Of a DNA stretch of 64,000 nt, positions 1 to 10,216 are shown in pieces. The position numbers and the translations under genes were made by a program. Under the pieces are notes generated by a model. That model made no database searches, had not been told where the DNA came from, and saw nothing but the letters and a program-made list of their open reading frames with translations. Position 1 is the stretch's first letter. Every line of letters starts with the position of its first letter. This DNA comes from Gemmatimonadales bacterium (GTDB lineage Bacteria; Gemmatimonadota; Gemmatimonadetes; Gemmatimonadales; GWC2-71-9): the NCBI GenBank assembly GCA_037189525.1, contig JBBCJC010000002.1:1248001-1312000 (forward strand). The letters are read 5' to 3'.

Positions 1-819
1 CACGAACGGCATGGTGGGCGGATCACCCGGCTTCCAGCCGGGAACCCACTGTCCTTCTTTGCGTTGATAGTAGACGGCGCCCATGCGTGAGAGCTTGCCG
101 TCCAGCTTGTCGGCCGTTTCCATGTGGTAGCTGTCGACCATGCCGAGCGGCGTGTAGATCTCGTCGCGCAGGAAGACCTCGAGCGGCTTGCCCGATCGGA
201 TCTCGATCAGCGAACCAAGCGTGTTATAGCCCGGATTGTTGTAGGCGTACGAAGTGCCTGGAGCGATGACGGCCCCGACCTCGCCGAAGCGGGCGACTTC
301 CGACTGCAGCGTCCCAACTTTTCCGCCCGCCGGCGGGGCGAGGAAGAGCGTCGGGATCCGGAGACCGCTGGTGTGCGTCAGCAGGTGACGGATCTGAATG
401 AAGCCGCTCCGGTAGTTGTCGAACGACGGGATGTACTGGCGCGCCAGGTCGGTATAGCGGAGCTGGCTCCGATCGGCGAGAATCCCGATGCCGGTGGCGA
501 TGACCGGCTTGGTATTCGACGCCATCTTGAACAGCGTGTTCTTTTCCATCGGCAGGTTGGCTTCCTTGTTCCGGGAGCCGATGGCTTCATGGACGACGAC
601 CTTCCCCTGCCGGGCAATCAGGATGACCGCGCCCACCAGGTCGCCGCGCGCGATGGATTCCCGATACAGCGCCACGGCGCCATCCAGCACTCCCGGCGAC
701 ATGCCGACATCTTCGGGCTTGCCGACCGACAAGGTGCGGTCCTGCGCAACGACGGGGGCCGCGAGAGCCAGGAGCATGGCGGCGAGCATCGCTCGCCGCC
801 GCAACAGATTCCGCATCAT
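1..819 (-). CDS. Secreted serine hydrolase, beta-lactamase/S12 family (3' end runs off the window)
   Basis: Not in the ORF track because there is no stop in the window. Manual translation from ATG 819 gives MMRNLLRRRAMLAAMLLALAAPVVAQDRT..., with SxxK (ASNTK), LLTHTSG, YxN (YNNPGY) and IYTPLGM motifs. Confidence 0.9.
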   Translation of the reverse strand, partial: MMRNLLRRRAMLAAMLLALAAPVVAQDRTLSVGKPEDVGMSPGVLDGAVALYRESIARGDLVGAVILIARQGKVVVHEAIGSRNKEANLPMEKNTLFKMASNTKPVIATGIGILADRSQLRYTDLARQYIPSFDNYRSGFIQIRHLLTHTSGLRIPTLFLAPPAGGKVGTLQSEVARFGEVGAVIAPGTSYAYNNPGYNTLGSLIEIRSGKPLEVFLRDEIYTPLGMVDSYHMETADKLDGKLSRMGAVYYQRKEGQWVPGWKPGDPPTMPFV

Positions 820-852
820 ACTGAACCTCGTGAGATGAGTCACCGTGACCGA

Positions 853-2208
853 TTAGGTCGCCGGCCGTTCGATGGTCGGCAGCGGGATACAGGTGGTCGG
901 CCCATATGGTACGTCTTTGTGGTTGAAACCGTTGGGATGATCGGACCCCGGTTCCCCGAGGAACGGAATCCGGAATTCCGTATCCCGGAACCGAATATGG
1001 TCGTTGAGGCGCTGGCCGCCTTCGATGAACAGCTCGCGACGCCGCTCCTCGATCACCTGGCGGATGACCTCGGCCTGGGTGGCCGTCTCGCCCGCATCGA
1101 AGGGTGGAATCGCGGCCAGGGTATGCCGCTGGTTGATGATCGTGCGCGCCGTCGCGAGATCGCCGCTGCGCGCAGCCGCCTCGGCAATGATCAGTTGCGC
1201 TTCCTTGTACGATGCCACCAGGTGCGGCGCTGCGCGGGAGGTGATCTTGTCGTGCATGTAGTGGATCGTCACGCCGTCGCTCGCCGCCTGATTGGCGGTG
1301 GTCACGTTGACCCGCCGATCGGCTACGCCTTCCCACGTCACGTTCCGGTAGCTTGGCGCGAGCGTTGCGTCCCGCCGAGGCAGCTGGGCGCAGTTCATGG
1401 TTTCGCAGCTTTGGTTGTAGCGCCGGGTCACGGTCGCGTCGCGCGTCGCATTTTTGATGTAGCCGGACGCCACCAGCTCGGCATCGGCACGGGCCCCGGC
1501 AAAATTCCGGAGATTGAGCCGGGCGCGAGCCCGTCCCACCAGCGCCATGTTACGGAAGTCCTGGTTGCCCGCCTGCGTGGCGAGCGTAATCGCTTCGCTG
1601 AAGCGCGACTCCGCTTCCGTCAGGACCTGCCCGGGCTGCAGCAGCGGGCCGCGATCCAGCACCATCGAGCAGAATCCTTCGCCGAGTGCGATGAGCGAGT
1701 AGCCGGCGTAGGCGCGAGTCGTGGCTTTCCAGAGCGTCTTGTTGGGGAAACCGGCATCCGGCAGTGCATCGACGCGCTTGTAGATATCTTCGGCCTGGAA
1801 CCGCGCGATCTGCATCGGTGTGTAGGCGGCCAGCGCAGAGTTGCAGGAGCCTGTCAGGTTGGCATCATCCGCCATGACGCGGCGGGAGCCGAAGTTCCTG
1901 AGGGCCAGGTTGCCGGTGGCCTCGATATACTGGTCCGAGAGCAGCGCCGTCACCGTCACGTAGGTATTCCAGGCGCAGTCGAAATCCGCGACGACGCTCC
2001 GGACCAGCGTTTCCGCCAGGGCGGGATCGTTGAGGGACTCCTCCAGTACTTCGCCCGGCAGCTCGACCTTGAGGAGCTCGTCCAGGCTGCAGGAGGTCAG
2101 GCTCAGGCTGCCGAGCAGCATGGCCGCGGTCAGGCGTGCCGCGCGGCGCGGCGTTCGTCGAATCGTCATGGGAATCGGCCTCGAAGGCAAAGACGATGGG
2201 GTCGTCAT
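853..2208 (-). CDS. RagB/SusD-family outer-membrane lipoprotein
   Basis: Lipobox LTSC; LIIAEAAAR and ERRRELFIEGGQRLNDHIR motifs. ATG at 2208 overlaps the susC stop (TGATG); a later ATG at 2169 is an alternative start. Confidence 0.9.
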   Translation of the reverse strand: MTTPSSLPSRPIPMTIRRTPRRAARLTAAMLLGSLSLTSCSLDELLKVELPGEVLEESLNDPALAETLVRSVVADFDCAWNTYVTVTALLSDQYIEATGNLALRNFGSRRVMADDANLTGSCNSALAAYTPMQIARFQAEDIYKRVDALPDAGFPNKTLWKATTRAYAGYSLIALGEGFCSMVLDRGPLLQPGQVLTEAESRFSEAITLATQAGNQDFRNMALVGRARARLNLRNFAGARADAELVASGYIKNATRDATVTRRYNQSCETMNCAQLPRRDATLAPSYRNVTWEGVADRRVNVTTANQAASDGVTIHYMHDKITSRAAPHLVASYKEAQLIIAEAAARSGDLATARTIINQRHTLAAIPPFDAGETATQAEVIRQVIEERRRELFIEGGQRLNDHIRFRDTEFRIPFLGEPGSDHPNGFNHKDVPYGPTTCIPLPTIERPAT

Positions 2209-5200
2209 CAGAACGTCACCCGGAAGGTGCCGAGGAGCCGGCGGCTCTGTGGCCAGCCCTCTTGGTTGTAAGCGCTGAGCCCGCTGGCGTCGTTGTTGCG
2301 GATCTCGGGATCGATCAGCTCGTGGCCGAAGTCGGTCTTCTGGGCCACCCAGATGGTCCACAAGTTACGAGCCGACAGCGTGAAGGATGCCCGGCTTGCG
2401 CCGATTCGCTGGGCGAGCTGTCGCGGGAAGTTGTAGGTGGCCGAGATGTCGCGCAGCTTCGCGAAGCCGCCGTTCATGATGCCCGGCTGGCGACGGGTGT
2501 CGAGGATGTCGTACGCGAGCAGGATCGGATCGGTTCGCTCGATGATCGCCCGTGTGTTCCGGAACGACATGTGCGCGGCCCGCACGTCGCCGCTCAGGAT
2601 GGTGTGGCCCCCGACGAAATCGACCTGTCCGAAGAGCAGCAGGTTCTGGAACAGGGTGACGGACAGCGCGGCCGCGCCTTCCCAGACGGGTAGAGCATTG
2701 CCCCAGTAGACGGCTGGCGCCTCGAGACAGGGCACGGCGGGGCCGCCACCCATCGAGAAGCCGGGCGTGGTGGGTGTCACCGTTCCCGGAGTGATCGCTC
2801 CGCTTTCGCACATCATATTGGTCGCAACCGGCTGGGTGCCGCTGTCGTCGATGTCGGCCGACAGAACCCGCCGATGGAAGATGCCGGCCATCGGGAAGCC
2901 GGGCACGTGGTACTGCCCGAATCCGGCGCTGTAGACCAGGAACGGATCCTCGCCGACGGTGACGATCTTGTTCTTGTTGCGCGAGAACTTGAGGTTGAAG
3001 TCGACGCCCAGGTTCCGACTCTGGTAGGCGGTGGCATCGAAACCGATCTCGAAGCCGCGGTTCTGGACTTCACCGATGTTGAGGAACTGCGAGCCCGGGA
3101 AGCCGGCCGACGGCGCTGCAGGTATGGCAGCGATGGCATTGGTCGTCTTCTTCGAGTAGTAGGTGAACTCGAAGCTGACCCGATCGTCCAGGATGCTCAT
3201 GTCGAAGCCGGCTTCGATCTCCTCGCCGACTTCGGGTTTGAGGTCGGGATTGCCGACGTTCTGCGGCGTGAGCGTCGGCAACCCGCCGTCGCCCGTCTGC
3301 GGCGCGTAGGTTCGCACGGCGGCAAAGACGTCGGGCTGCTTGCCGGCCTTGCCCCAGGCGGCGCGCAACTTGAGGCTGTTGACGAACCGCTGGGATTGCA
3401 TGAACGGTTCTTCGCTGAGCACCCACGACGCCGCGAGCTTCGGGTAGACCACGAAATCGAAGTTCTGCCCAAACGCGCTGTTATCGTCGCCGCGTACGGC
3501 GCCGGTCAGGAAGACGCGATTCTTCCAGGACAGCTGCTGCTGGACATAGGCGCCGAAGGTTTTGTTCTCGAAGAAGTTCTCGGAGCTGGTCCGGACCGAG
3601 CCGCCGGTGACGGTTTCGAGTGCGCGGACCGGCATGTTGGTGCCCTGCGAGAGCGCGGCGTCCTGCTGCTTGCGGTAGTACTGCAAGCCGGCGGACGTCT
3701 CCGTGCCGAGAGTGTTTTTGATGGTGAAATTGGCGCTTGCCGCGTAGTCGACGCTGGCGTAGGTGGTTCGGGTGTATACCACCGTCTTGGAGCCCTGCGC
3801 CGAGGCGCCTCCGATCAGCTCGCTGCGCCGAAGCAGTTCCGAGAGCCGCTGATTGGTGAAGTCGCCGCCCACCGTGACGCGGTGGGAAAACCACGGCACC
3901 GGTCGATGGCGCGCGGTGGCCGTGAGCGTCCCGCGATCGAGGTCCTCGAAGCCTTCGACGTCGTCGGTGAAGGTTTCGGGCGGCCCGGTCAGGAACCCGC
4001 GGGTTGGGCCGTCGATGCCGTTCGGGAGACCGAGTCCCGGCTCACATCCGGGAGCCGGACATGACCAGAGGATCCGGACGGTCACGGGCTGGATCGCTCC
4101 GGGCGACTGGTACCGGCTCCGGGTGTAGCCCAGGCCGAAGTCGACTCCGAACTTCTCGTTGGGCGTGAAGGTGAGGTTGGCTCGACCACTGAGCCGGTCC
4201 TTCCAGTTGTAGCTGACGATGCCTTCGTCCCGATCCCAGTCGCCCGAGAAGAAGTAGCCGAGTGCGGGAGAACCGCCGCTCACCGTCGCCGCGTATCCCT
4301 GCTGCATACCGGTGCGGAAGAGTGCGGGCCGGGAGATCGTGTCGCCGGGGTACTCGCCCGTCACCCGCTCGCTGCGAAGAATCCGGAACTCACGGATCTC
4401 GCCCGACGCCGCCCGATAGTAGGTGGCGGGGAAGAGGTTTTCGGGATCGGGGATCCAGTTGGCGCCCTGTTTGACGGTGAGATTGACGGTCGCGGCGCCC
4501 TGCTTGCCCTTCTTGGTGATGACGTTGATCACGCCGTTCGAGGCCTCGGTGCCGTAGAGCGTGGCTGCCGCCGGCCCCTTCACGACTTCGATGCTCTCGA
4601 TGTCGTCCGGATTGAGGTCGTTGATGCGTGACGGTGCATACCGCGAATCGACACCGACGCTGCCGCCCATACCGCCCGCGTCTGCCCCGGTGTTGTTGAC
4701 GCGAACGCCGTCGATATAGAGGAGCGGGTCTGCCGCGAGACTCAAGCTGCCGGCACCTCGGATCCGAATGTTGCCGCCGGCGCCCACGTCGCCGCCTGAC
4801 GACATCACCCGGACGCCGGGGACGCCTTTGCTCAGCAGGTCCTGGATGTTCGGCGCCGGTGCGACTTCCTCGATCTGGCTGACCCGGACCCGTCCGACGG
4901 CGGTGCCCAGCGACCGCATCGCCTGCTGCTGCGGTGTTCCGGTGACGACCAGTTCGTCGAGATTCACCGCCATCTCGGTCAGCACGATGCGAATCTCGCT
5001 GTCGCCGGCGCGTACCTGGTGCTGGACGGGCCGGTATCCGATCATCGAGGCGCGCAGCGTGATTTCGCCCTCTCCGACAGCCAGGCGGAACCGTCCGCCT
5101 TCCTCCGTAAGGGCGCTGGTCGTGCCCCCGACGACGGACACCCGCGCGCCGCGGATCGGGACGGCCCGTCCGTCGACCACCGTACCGACGATGGTCCGCT

Positions 5201-5636
5201 GCTGGATCCGTTTCAGGAAGCTCGCATGCAGGAGCGCATTGGCGCGCGTGGTCGAGAGACCGCTGGTTGGTACGTAGGAGTTCCGGAGCACGGGCCGCGG
5301 CACGACGACGATCTGTTCGTCCTGAACCGAGGGAACGAACGGAATCCGGTTGAGCAAGGAGTCCAGGGCTTCACCCACGGTCACCGACTCGCAGCGACAG
5401 TCGACCAGATGACGCTGTGGCAGGAGACTGCGGCTGAAGGCAATGGGGACGCCAGACTGCTTTTGAAGCTCGATCAACGCGTCGGCCACGGGTGTCGCGG
5501 CAACGGTTAGCCGAGCATCCCGGAGCAGGAGGTCCCTGCTCCGGCTCAGGCCTCCCGCATAGACGACCGGTGACTGTGCCGCCAGATCCAGAGCCCCCAT
5601 GGATAAGGCGACGGTCACTGCGAGTACCCCACGCAT
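2208..5636 (-). CDS. SusC/RagA TonB-dependent transporter with N-terminal STN signalling domain
   Basis: Signal peptide, STN-like segment (PVADALIELQKQSGVPIAF...TVGEALDSLL), CarboxypepD_reg domain, plug motif DIESIEVVKGPAAATLYG..ASNGVINVITKKG, terminal Phe. Confidence 0.93.
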   Translation of the reverse strand: MRGVLAVTVALSMGALDLAAQSPVVYAGGLSRSRDLLLRDARLTVAATPVADALIELQKQSGVPIAFSRSLLPQRHLVDCRCESVTVGEALDSLLNRIPFVPSVQDEQIVVVPRPVLRNSYVPTSGLSTTRANALLHASFLKRIQQRTIVGTVVDGRAVPIRGARVSVVGGTTSALTEEGGRFRLAVGEGEITLRASMIGYRPVQHQVRAGDSEIRIVLTEMAVNLDELVVTGTPQQQAMRSLGTAVGRVRVSQIEEVAPAPNIQDLLSKGVPGVRVMSSGGDVGAGGNIRIRGAGSLSLAADPLLYIDGVRVNNTGADAGGMGGSVGVDSRYAPSRINDLNPDDIESIEVVKGPAAATLYGTEASNGVINVITKKGKQGAATVNLTVKQGANWIPDPENLFPATYYRAASGEIREFRILRSERVTGEYPGDTISRPALFRTGMQQGYAATVSGGSPALGYFFSGDWDRDEGIVSYNWKDRLSGRANLTFTPNEKFGVDFGLGYTRSRYQSPGAIQPVTVRILWSCPAPGCEPGLGLPNGIDGPTRGFLTGPPETFTDDVEGFEDLDRGTLTATARHRPVPWFSHRVTVGGDFTNQRLSELLRRSELIGGASAQGSKTVVYTRTTYASVDYAASANFTIKNTLGTETSAGLQYYRKQQDAALSQGTNMPVRALETVTGGSVRTSSENFFENKTFGAYVQQQLSWKNRVFLTGAVRGDDNSAFGQNFDFVVYPKLAASWVLSEEPFMQSQRFVNSLKLRAAWGKAGKQPDVFAAVRTYAPQTGDGGLPTLTPQNVGNPDLKPEVGEEIEAGFDMSILDDRVSFEFTYYSKKTTNAIAAIPAAPSAGFPGSQFLNIGEVQNRGFEIGFDATAYQSRNLGVDFNLKFSRNKNKIVTVGEDPFLVYSAGFGQYHVPGFPMAGIFHRRVLSADIDDSGTQPVATNMMCESGAITPGTVTPTTPGFSMGGGPAVPCLEAPAVYWGNALPVWEGAAALSVTLFQNLLLFGQVDFVGGHTILSGDVRAAHMSFRNTRAIIERTDPILLAYDILDTRRQPGIMNGGFAKLRDISATYNFPRQLAQRIGASRASFTLSARNLWTIWVAQKTDFGHELIDPEIRNNDASGLSAYNQEGWPQSRRLLGTFRVTF

Positions 5637-5686
5637 ACCTGACCCCCCTATCGAGTGTTACGGAAAGCGTGCTGAGACGAGTGTTA

Positions 5687-6646
5687 CTACTGTCGCGGTG
5701 TAACCGTGATCACGCCGCGTGTGATCCCACATTTTGCATCAACGACCTGACAGACGACCGACAGAACCTGCTCGAGCGGCTGGTCGGCGAACGAGGCACT
5801 GACCAGTTGTGATGACAAGGTGGAGTCCGTCAGCACGACCCGGACGCCGAACTGCTCCTCGATTTCGTGCATGACACTGCCGAAGGGCGAGTCCTGGAAG
5901 AGCAGGCTTCGTCCCATCCAGCCGACCAGTCGCCGAGGATGCTCCACTTTGATCACGCTGGCCGGCGCGCGCTCTTCCAGCGTGGTCATCTCTCCGGCGG
6001 AGACTTCGATGCGATCGTTACCGCGATGCACCGCGACTTTGCCCTCGACCACGACGACCCGGATCCGCTCCTCCGTGGTGCGCATTTCGAAGCGGGTGCC
6101 AAGCACCGTCGCACTCCCGTTCGCGCTGTTGACGGTAAAGGTGCTGCCCGGTCGTTTGGCGATCGCGAAGTAACCCGTGCCTTCGAGCCATACTTCGCGT
6201 CGGGAGGTGCCGCCCGTCAGGACCAGCCGGCTTCGCTCGGCCAAGCGGACCACGCTGCCGTCGGGCAGTCGCGCCGTCGTGCTCTCACCATCACCCGTGG
6301 TGATTTCGGCCGGTATCGTTGGATCGGTGGCGTCACTGTTTCGCCAGGAGGCGCCGATGCCCACGGCAAGGATCAGGACGGCTGCCAGCGCCGCCACCTT
6401 GGCCCAGCCGGGAATGCCGCGCCGGCTCGGTGCCGGGAACCGGCGTGCATGGGTCGCGATCAGTTCCTTGGCGCTCGGGCGACCGTGCGTATCCGGCTGA
6501 CGGAGTTGTTCCAGGACGCCGGACAGACGAGCCAGGTTCTGGTATCGTTGCTCGTTGGTATTCGACTCGGCGCGCCAGGCCGCAAGGATCACCGCTTCAT
6601 CGTGCGAGATGTCTCCTTGCAGCGCGCGCAAAATCAGATCATCCAA
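5687..6646 (-). CDS. fecR: FecR-family anti-sigma/transmembrane sensor
   Basis: N-terminal AWRAES..N helix, one TM segment, LPDGSVVRL, VWLEGTGYF, VLGTRFE, VVEGKVAV and C-terminal LLFQDSPF..V..EIE motifs; TTG start. Confidence 0.88.
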   Translation of the reverse strand: MDDLILRALQGDISHDEAVILAAWRAESNTNEQRYQNLARLSGVLEQLRQPDTHGRPSAKELIATHARRFPAPSRRGIPGWAKVAALAAVLILAVGIGASWRNSDATDPTIPAEITTGDGESTTARLPDGSVVRLAERSRLVLTGGTSRREVWLEGTGYFAIAKRPGSTFTVNSANGSATVLGTRFEMRTTEERIRVVVVEGKVAVHRGNDRIEVSAGEMTTLEERAPASVIKVEHPRRLVGWMGRSLLFQDSPFGSVMHEIEEQFGVRVVLTDSTLSSQLVSASFADQPLEQVLSVVCQVVDAKCGITRGVITVTPRQ

Positions 6647-6744
6647 GGAGACCGTCCATGGTCGAATGACGCCGATATGTCATGAGTACTCCGATGTGAT
6701 ACAACGAACGTGATGGCCGATGTTACTTCGGGAAGTATTTGGGG

Positions 6745-7353
6745 CTAGAGCTTTCGGAGGTGACTGCGGATCGGGCGGACCGATCGATCATCGGTGTCAT
6801 CGATGAGTCGCTCGACCGCACGCCAGAGGCGGGTCATGCCCAGACTGAGGAGATTGGAGACCGTACCCGGAGCCAGACCGGTTACGGCCGCGACTTCCGA
6901 TCGGGTCAGACCCTGAATGCGGCTCAGGATCACGATCTCTCGCTCGCGCGCATTGAGCTGATCGAGTGCCTTGTAGACGGCATCGATCAGTTCCGCTTCT
7001 TCGAGGGCCTCGCCGATCGGCGGCGCGGACGATGTGACGGGCAACGAACGGAGGTTGCGTTCGATCGCGGCCGCATGCCGGCGGTGATCGATGGCCAGAT
7101 TTCGGACCATCCGAAACAGAATCGGGCGCGCACCGCTCTGCCCGTCCCATCGCGCGCGATGATCCCAGAGCCGGATGAATGCTTCCTGAACCAGGTCCTG
7201 TGCGATGTCGGGCGTGTCGAGCCACCTGGTGGCGTAGTCGAGCAATGCTCCCCAATGGCGTTCGAGAATGTCCTCGAGCGCTGCTTCATCGCCTGTGGCG
7301 AGGCGAGCCATCAATTGCCGATCGGCGGCCGTTGGGGCCGATGGATCAGTCAT
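6745..7353 (-). CDS. ECF-type RNA polymerase sigma-70 factor (FecI-like)
   Basis: GDEAALE, AQDLVQEAFIRLW, RNLAIDHRR and region 4 HTH (GLTRSEVAAVTGLAPGTV); adjacent to fecR. Start chosen at MTDPS. Confidence 0.9.
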   Translation of the reverse strand: MTDPSAPTAADRQLMARLATGDEAALEDILERHWGALLDYATRWLDTPDIAQDLVQEAFIRLWDHRARWDGQSGARPILFRMVRNLAIDHRRHAAAIERNLRSLPVTSSAPPIGEALEEAELIDAVYKALDQLNAREREIVILSRIQGLTRSEVAAVTGLAPGTVSNLLSLGMTRLWRAVERLIDDTDDRSVRPIRSHLRKL

Positions 7354-7462
7354 GATCAGTTTGTGCGGGAGGAAGGGTGTCGGTAACGGCAAGGCCGTCA
7401 CTCGATCCGTCGAATGTATCGCGCGATCGACGCGGATGCCATATGCGTGTCTCGTCGTTCAC

Positions 7463-7499
7463 GATACTGGTGTCCGAAATCCCTTCGGATCACAGTATC
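7463..7499. terminator. Imperfect hairpin between the ABC operon and the ECF sigma gene
   Basis: GATACTGGTGTCCGAA-ATCCC-TTCGGATCACAGTATC inverted repeat; no U-tract. Confidence 0.4.
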
Positions 7500-7534
7500 T
7501 TCAAATGCGTAGCTGGCGAGATCTGCGCAGAGGC

Positions 7535-8566
7535 TTAGAGCGGGAGGATCGCGGCCTGCTCGAAATCGGCGTGAATCGAGACACGCTGGTTCAGCGCGAG
7601 ATGGACGGATGGTCGGGCGGCACAGCGAAGTTCCGTCCCCGACGCGAGGCGCACATGATAGACTCGGCTTGCACCCCGAAAGGTCTGGCCAAGGATGGTG
7701 CCGATACCGTTGGGGTCGGGTGTGACCGACAGCGCCTGAGGGCGGAGCAGGATCTCGACCGGGCGGCCTATCTCACCGCCGGCCTCGACCGAGAGCACGC
7801 CCAATTCGCAGACCACGCCCTCCGATGACACCGTGCCGCGAAGGAAACTGGCCGGACCAAGAAAGGTGGCGACCGTGCGGGACACCGGGCGATGGTACAC
7901 CTCTTCGACCGGCCCGGCCTGCTCGATCCGCCCCTCATTCATGACGGCAACGCGATCGGCCAGGTCGAACGCTTCCTCCCGATCGTGGGTCACCACGATC
8001 GCGGTCCGCCCGGCCTGTTTGAGGATCCGCCGGATTTCCTGACGCAGTGCGCTCCGGTTTTCGGCGTCGACATTCGACAGCGGTTCGTCGAGCAGGATCA
8101 ATGCGTTGGCTGGTGCAATCGCGCGGGCCAGCGCGACCCGCTGCTGTTCGCCGCCCGAAATCTCGTGCGGATAGCGGTCGCCCAGGCGACCGACGCCGCA
8201 TTGGCGCAGTAGGGACTGGATTTGGTCCGCTCGCTGCGCATTGTGCGTGTTCAGGCCGAAACCCACGTTGGCCGACACGGTCAGATGCGGGAACAGGGCC
8301 AGGTCCTGGAAGACGAAGCCGATGCCACGTCGTTCGGGCGGCACCTTGCCGGCGACGAGGTCGCGGCCGCGCAACAGGATCTGTCCTGCATCGGGCCGTT
8401 CGAATCCCGCGATCAGGCGCAGCGTGGTCGATTTGCCGCAACCGCTCGAACCCAGCAGAACGAGGATTTCCCCCTCGTCCAGCGTGAACGACAGGTCCTG
8501 CACGGCCGGATGCGTCGAGCCGCGATACTGCTTGACCAGGCCGGTGACCGAGAGAAACGGCGGCAT
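7535..8566 (-). CDS. fbpC: Fe3+ ABC transporter ATP-binding protein (FbpC/PotA-like, TOBE domain)
   Basis: GSSGCGKST, VPPERRGIGFVFQD, ISGGEQQRVALAR, LLDEP. Confidence 0.88.
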   Translation of the reverse strand: MPPFLSVTGLVKQYRGSTHPAVQDLSFTLDEGEILVLLGSSGCGKSTTLRLIAGFERPDAGQILLRGRDLVAGKVPPERRGIGFVFQDLALFPHLTVSANVGFGLNTHNAQRADQIQSLLRQCGVGRLGDRYPHEISGGEQQRVALARAIAPANALILLDEPLSNVDAENRSALRQEIRRILKQAGRTAIVVTHDREEAFDLADRVAVMNEGRIEQAGPVEEVYHRPVSRTVATFLGPASFLRGTVSSEGVVCELGVLSVEAGGEIGRPVEILLRPQALSVTPDPNGIGTILGQTFRGASRVYHVRLASGTELRCAARPSVHLALNQRVSIHADFEQAAILPL

Positions 8567-8571
8567 CGTCG

Positions 8572-10203
8572 TCAGACCGTCGGGTGGCGCCGGAGGCGGG
8601 TCAGGAGCGCAACGGGCACCAGGCCGGCAACGACGATCGCGAGCGCCGGCGGTGCCGCTTCGACCCAGAGCGATTCGGTGGTGCGCTGCCAGATCTCGAC
8701 TGCCAGGGTGTCCATGCCGAAAGGTCGAATCAGGAGTGTGGCCGGCATTTCCTTCATCACATCGAGACCCACGAGCACCAGCGCAGTGAGTAGTGACCCT
8801 CGCAGGAGCGGTGCGTGAATCTCCTTGAAGACCCCGTTGGGAGAACGCCCCAGGCCTCGGGCTGCTTCATCGAGACTCGGCCGGATTCGGCCGACCCCGG
8901 CCTCGACCGTTTGAAATCCGGGTGCAAGAAAACGCACCAGGTACGCAAAGAGCAAACTGATCCAGGAGCCGACCAGGAAGATCTCGATGGTGCGGCCCAG
9001 GAGTCGCTGGCTGACTGATGCCGTCGCCTGATCGATTGCTGCAAGCACCAATAAGACGCCGACAGCTGCGACGGAACCGGGAACGGCATAGCCCAGCGTC
9101 GCGACCCGCGCCGCGGCCCGGAGCCCCCAGGTGGGGAAAAGCCGGATACCGTAGACCAGCACGACGGCAGCCAGGACGACGAGCACGGCGGCAACCGTCG
9201 CCAGCCAGATGCTGTTCCATGCGAGGCTGCCGAGATTGTCGGCCACCCGTCCGCTCGCCTGCGCCTCGAGGGTCCAGCGGATCAGGGTGAGGGCTGGCAC
9301 GACGAACCCGGCCAGCAGCACCCCGATGCACGCCAGCGGCGCCAGCCATCGCGCACGGCCGCGTAGGCTCCGGAGGTGCGTCGTCATGGTGCGTCCGTGG
9401 GTCTGGGCAAATCGCGCGCGCCCGCGGGCCAGCCGCTCGGTGAGCAGGACCAGGGCGGCCAGCACGACCAGGACGGCGGCCAGCTGCCCGGCGGCTTCAC
9501 GATCGAACATGCCGAACCAGACCCGATAGATGGCGGTCGTGAAGGTGCGATATCCGAAGGTCGACACGGTCCCGAAGTCGCCCAGCGCCTCGAGCATCGC
9601 GAGCGCGACACCGGCTACGATGGCCGGCCGGGCCAGCGGCAGAGCGACGCGCCGAAATGCGCTCCAGGGACTCGCACCGAGCGCACGAGCCGCTTCCATG
9701 TGGTCGACCGTTTGCTCCGCAAAGGCCGTCCGGGCCAGCAGGTACGGATAGGGATACAGTACCAGCGACATGACGATGACGAGCATCGGCAGGGAGCGCG
9801 GGTCCGGCAGTTGAAAGGTCGGACCGAGGAGTTCGCGGAGACCGGTCTGGATCGGTCCGGCATAGTCGAGCAGCCCGACGACGACGAATCCGACCACGTA
9901 CGCCGGCATGGCCATCGGCAGCAGCAAGGCCCAATCGAAAAAGCGACGACCGGGGAACTCGGTCGTCGCCACCAGCCAGGCAAGGCCGGTCCCGAGGAGC
10001 GCGGTGCCGGCGCCGACGCCGAGCAAGAGCCAGAGCGTGTTGAGCGCCAACTCGCCGAGCACCGTGCTGGCGAGGTGCGCCCAAACGTCCCAGCGGGGTT
10101 CGAGCAGATTGGCGCCGACCGCCACGATCGGAGCCGCGACCACGAGCGCCAGCATGGAGGCCGTGAAGACCCAACCACGCCGGCCGCTCGAGACGCGGAT
10201 CAC
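8572..10203 (-). CDS. fbpB: Fe3+ ABC transporter permease (duplicated TM domain)
   Basis: FPGRRFFDWALLLPMAMPAYV, two EAA loops (EAARALGA, EAARGLG), MKEMPATLLIRPF. Confidence 0.9.
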   Translation of the reverse strand: MIRVSSGRRGWVFTASMLALVVAAPIVAVGANLLEPRWDVWAHLASTVLGELALNTLWLLLGVGAGTALLGTGLAWLVATTEFPGRRFFDWALLLPMAMPAYVVGFVVVGLLDYAGPIQTGLRELLGPTFQLPDPRSLPMLVIVMSLVLYPYPYLLARTAFAEQTVDHMEAARALGASPWSAFRRVALPLARPAIVAGVALAMLEALGDFGTVSTFGYRTFTTAIYRVWFGMFDREAAGQLAAVLVVLAALVLLTERLARGRARFAQTHGRTMTTHLRSLRGRARWLAPLACIGVLLAGFVVPALTLIRWTLEAQASGRVADNLGSLAWNSIWLATVAAVLVVLAAVVLVYGIRLFPTWGLRAAARVATLGYAVPGSVAAVGVLLVLAAIDQATASVSQRLLGRTIEIFLVGSWISLLFAYLVRFLAPGFQTVEAGVGRIRPSLDEAARGLGRSPNGVFKEIHAPLLRGSLLTALVLVGLDVMKEMPATLLIRPFGMDTLAVEIWQRTTESLWVEAAPPALAIVVAGLVPVALLTRLRRHPTV

Positions 10204-10216
10204 GGGTACTTCGGAG

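Noticed and set aside
124..2271. 715-aa plus-strand ORF and similar long antisense ORFs (for example 38760-41021, 49896-51437, 53841-55415)
   Set aside because: They lie opposite well-supported genes and have no motifs; these are shadow ORFs expected in GC-rich DNA.
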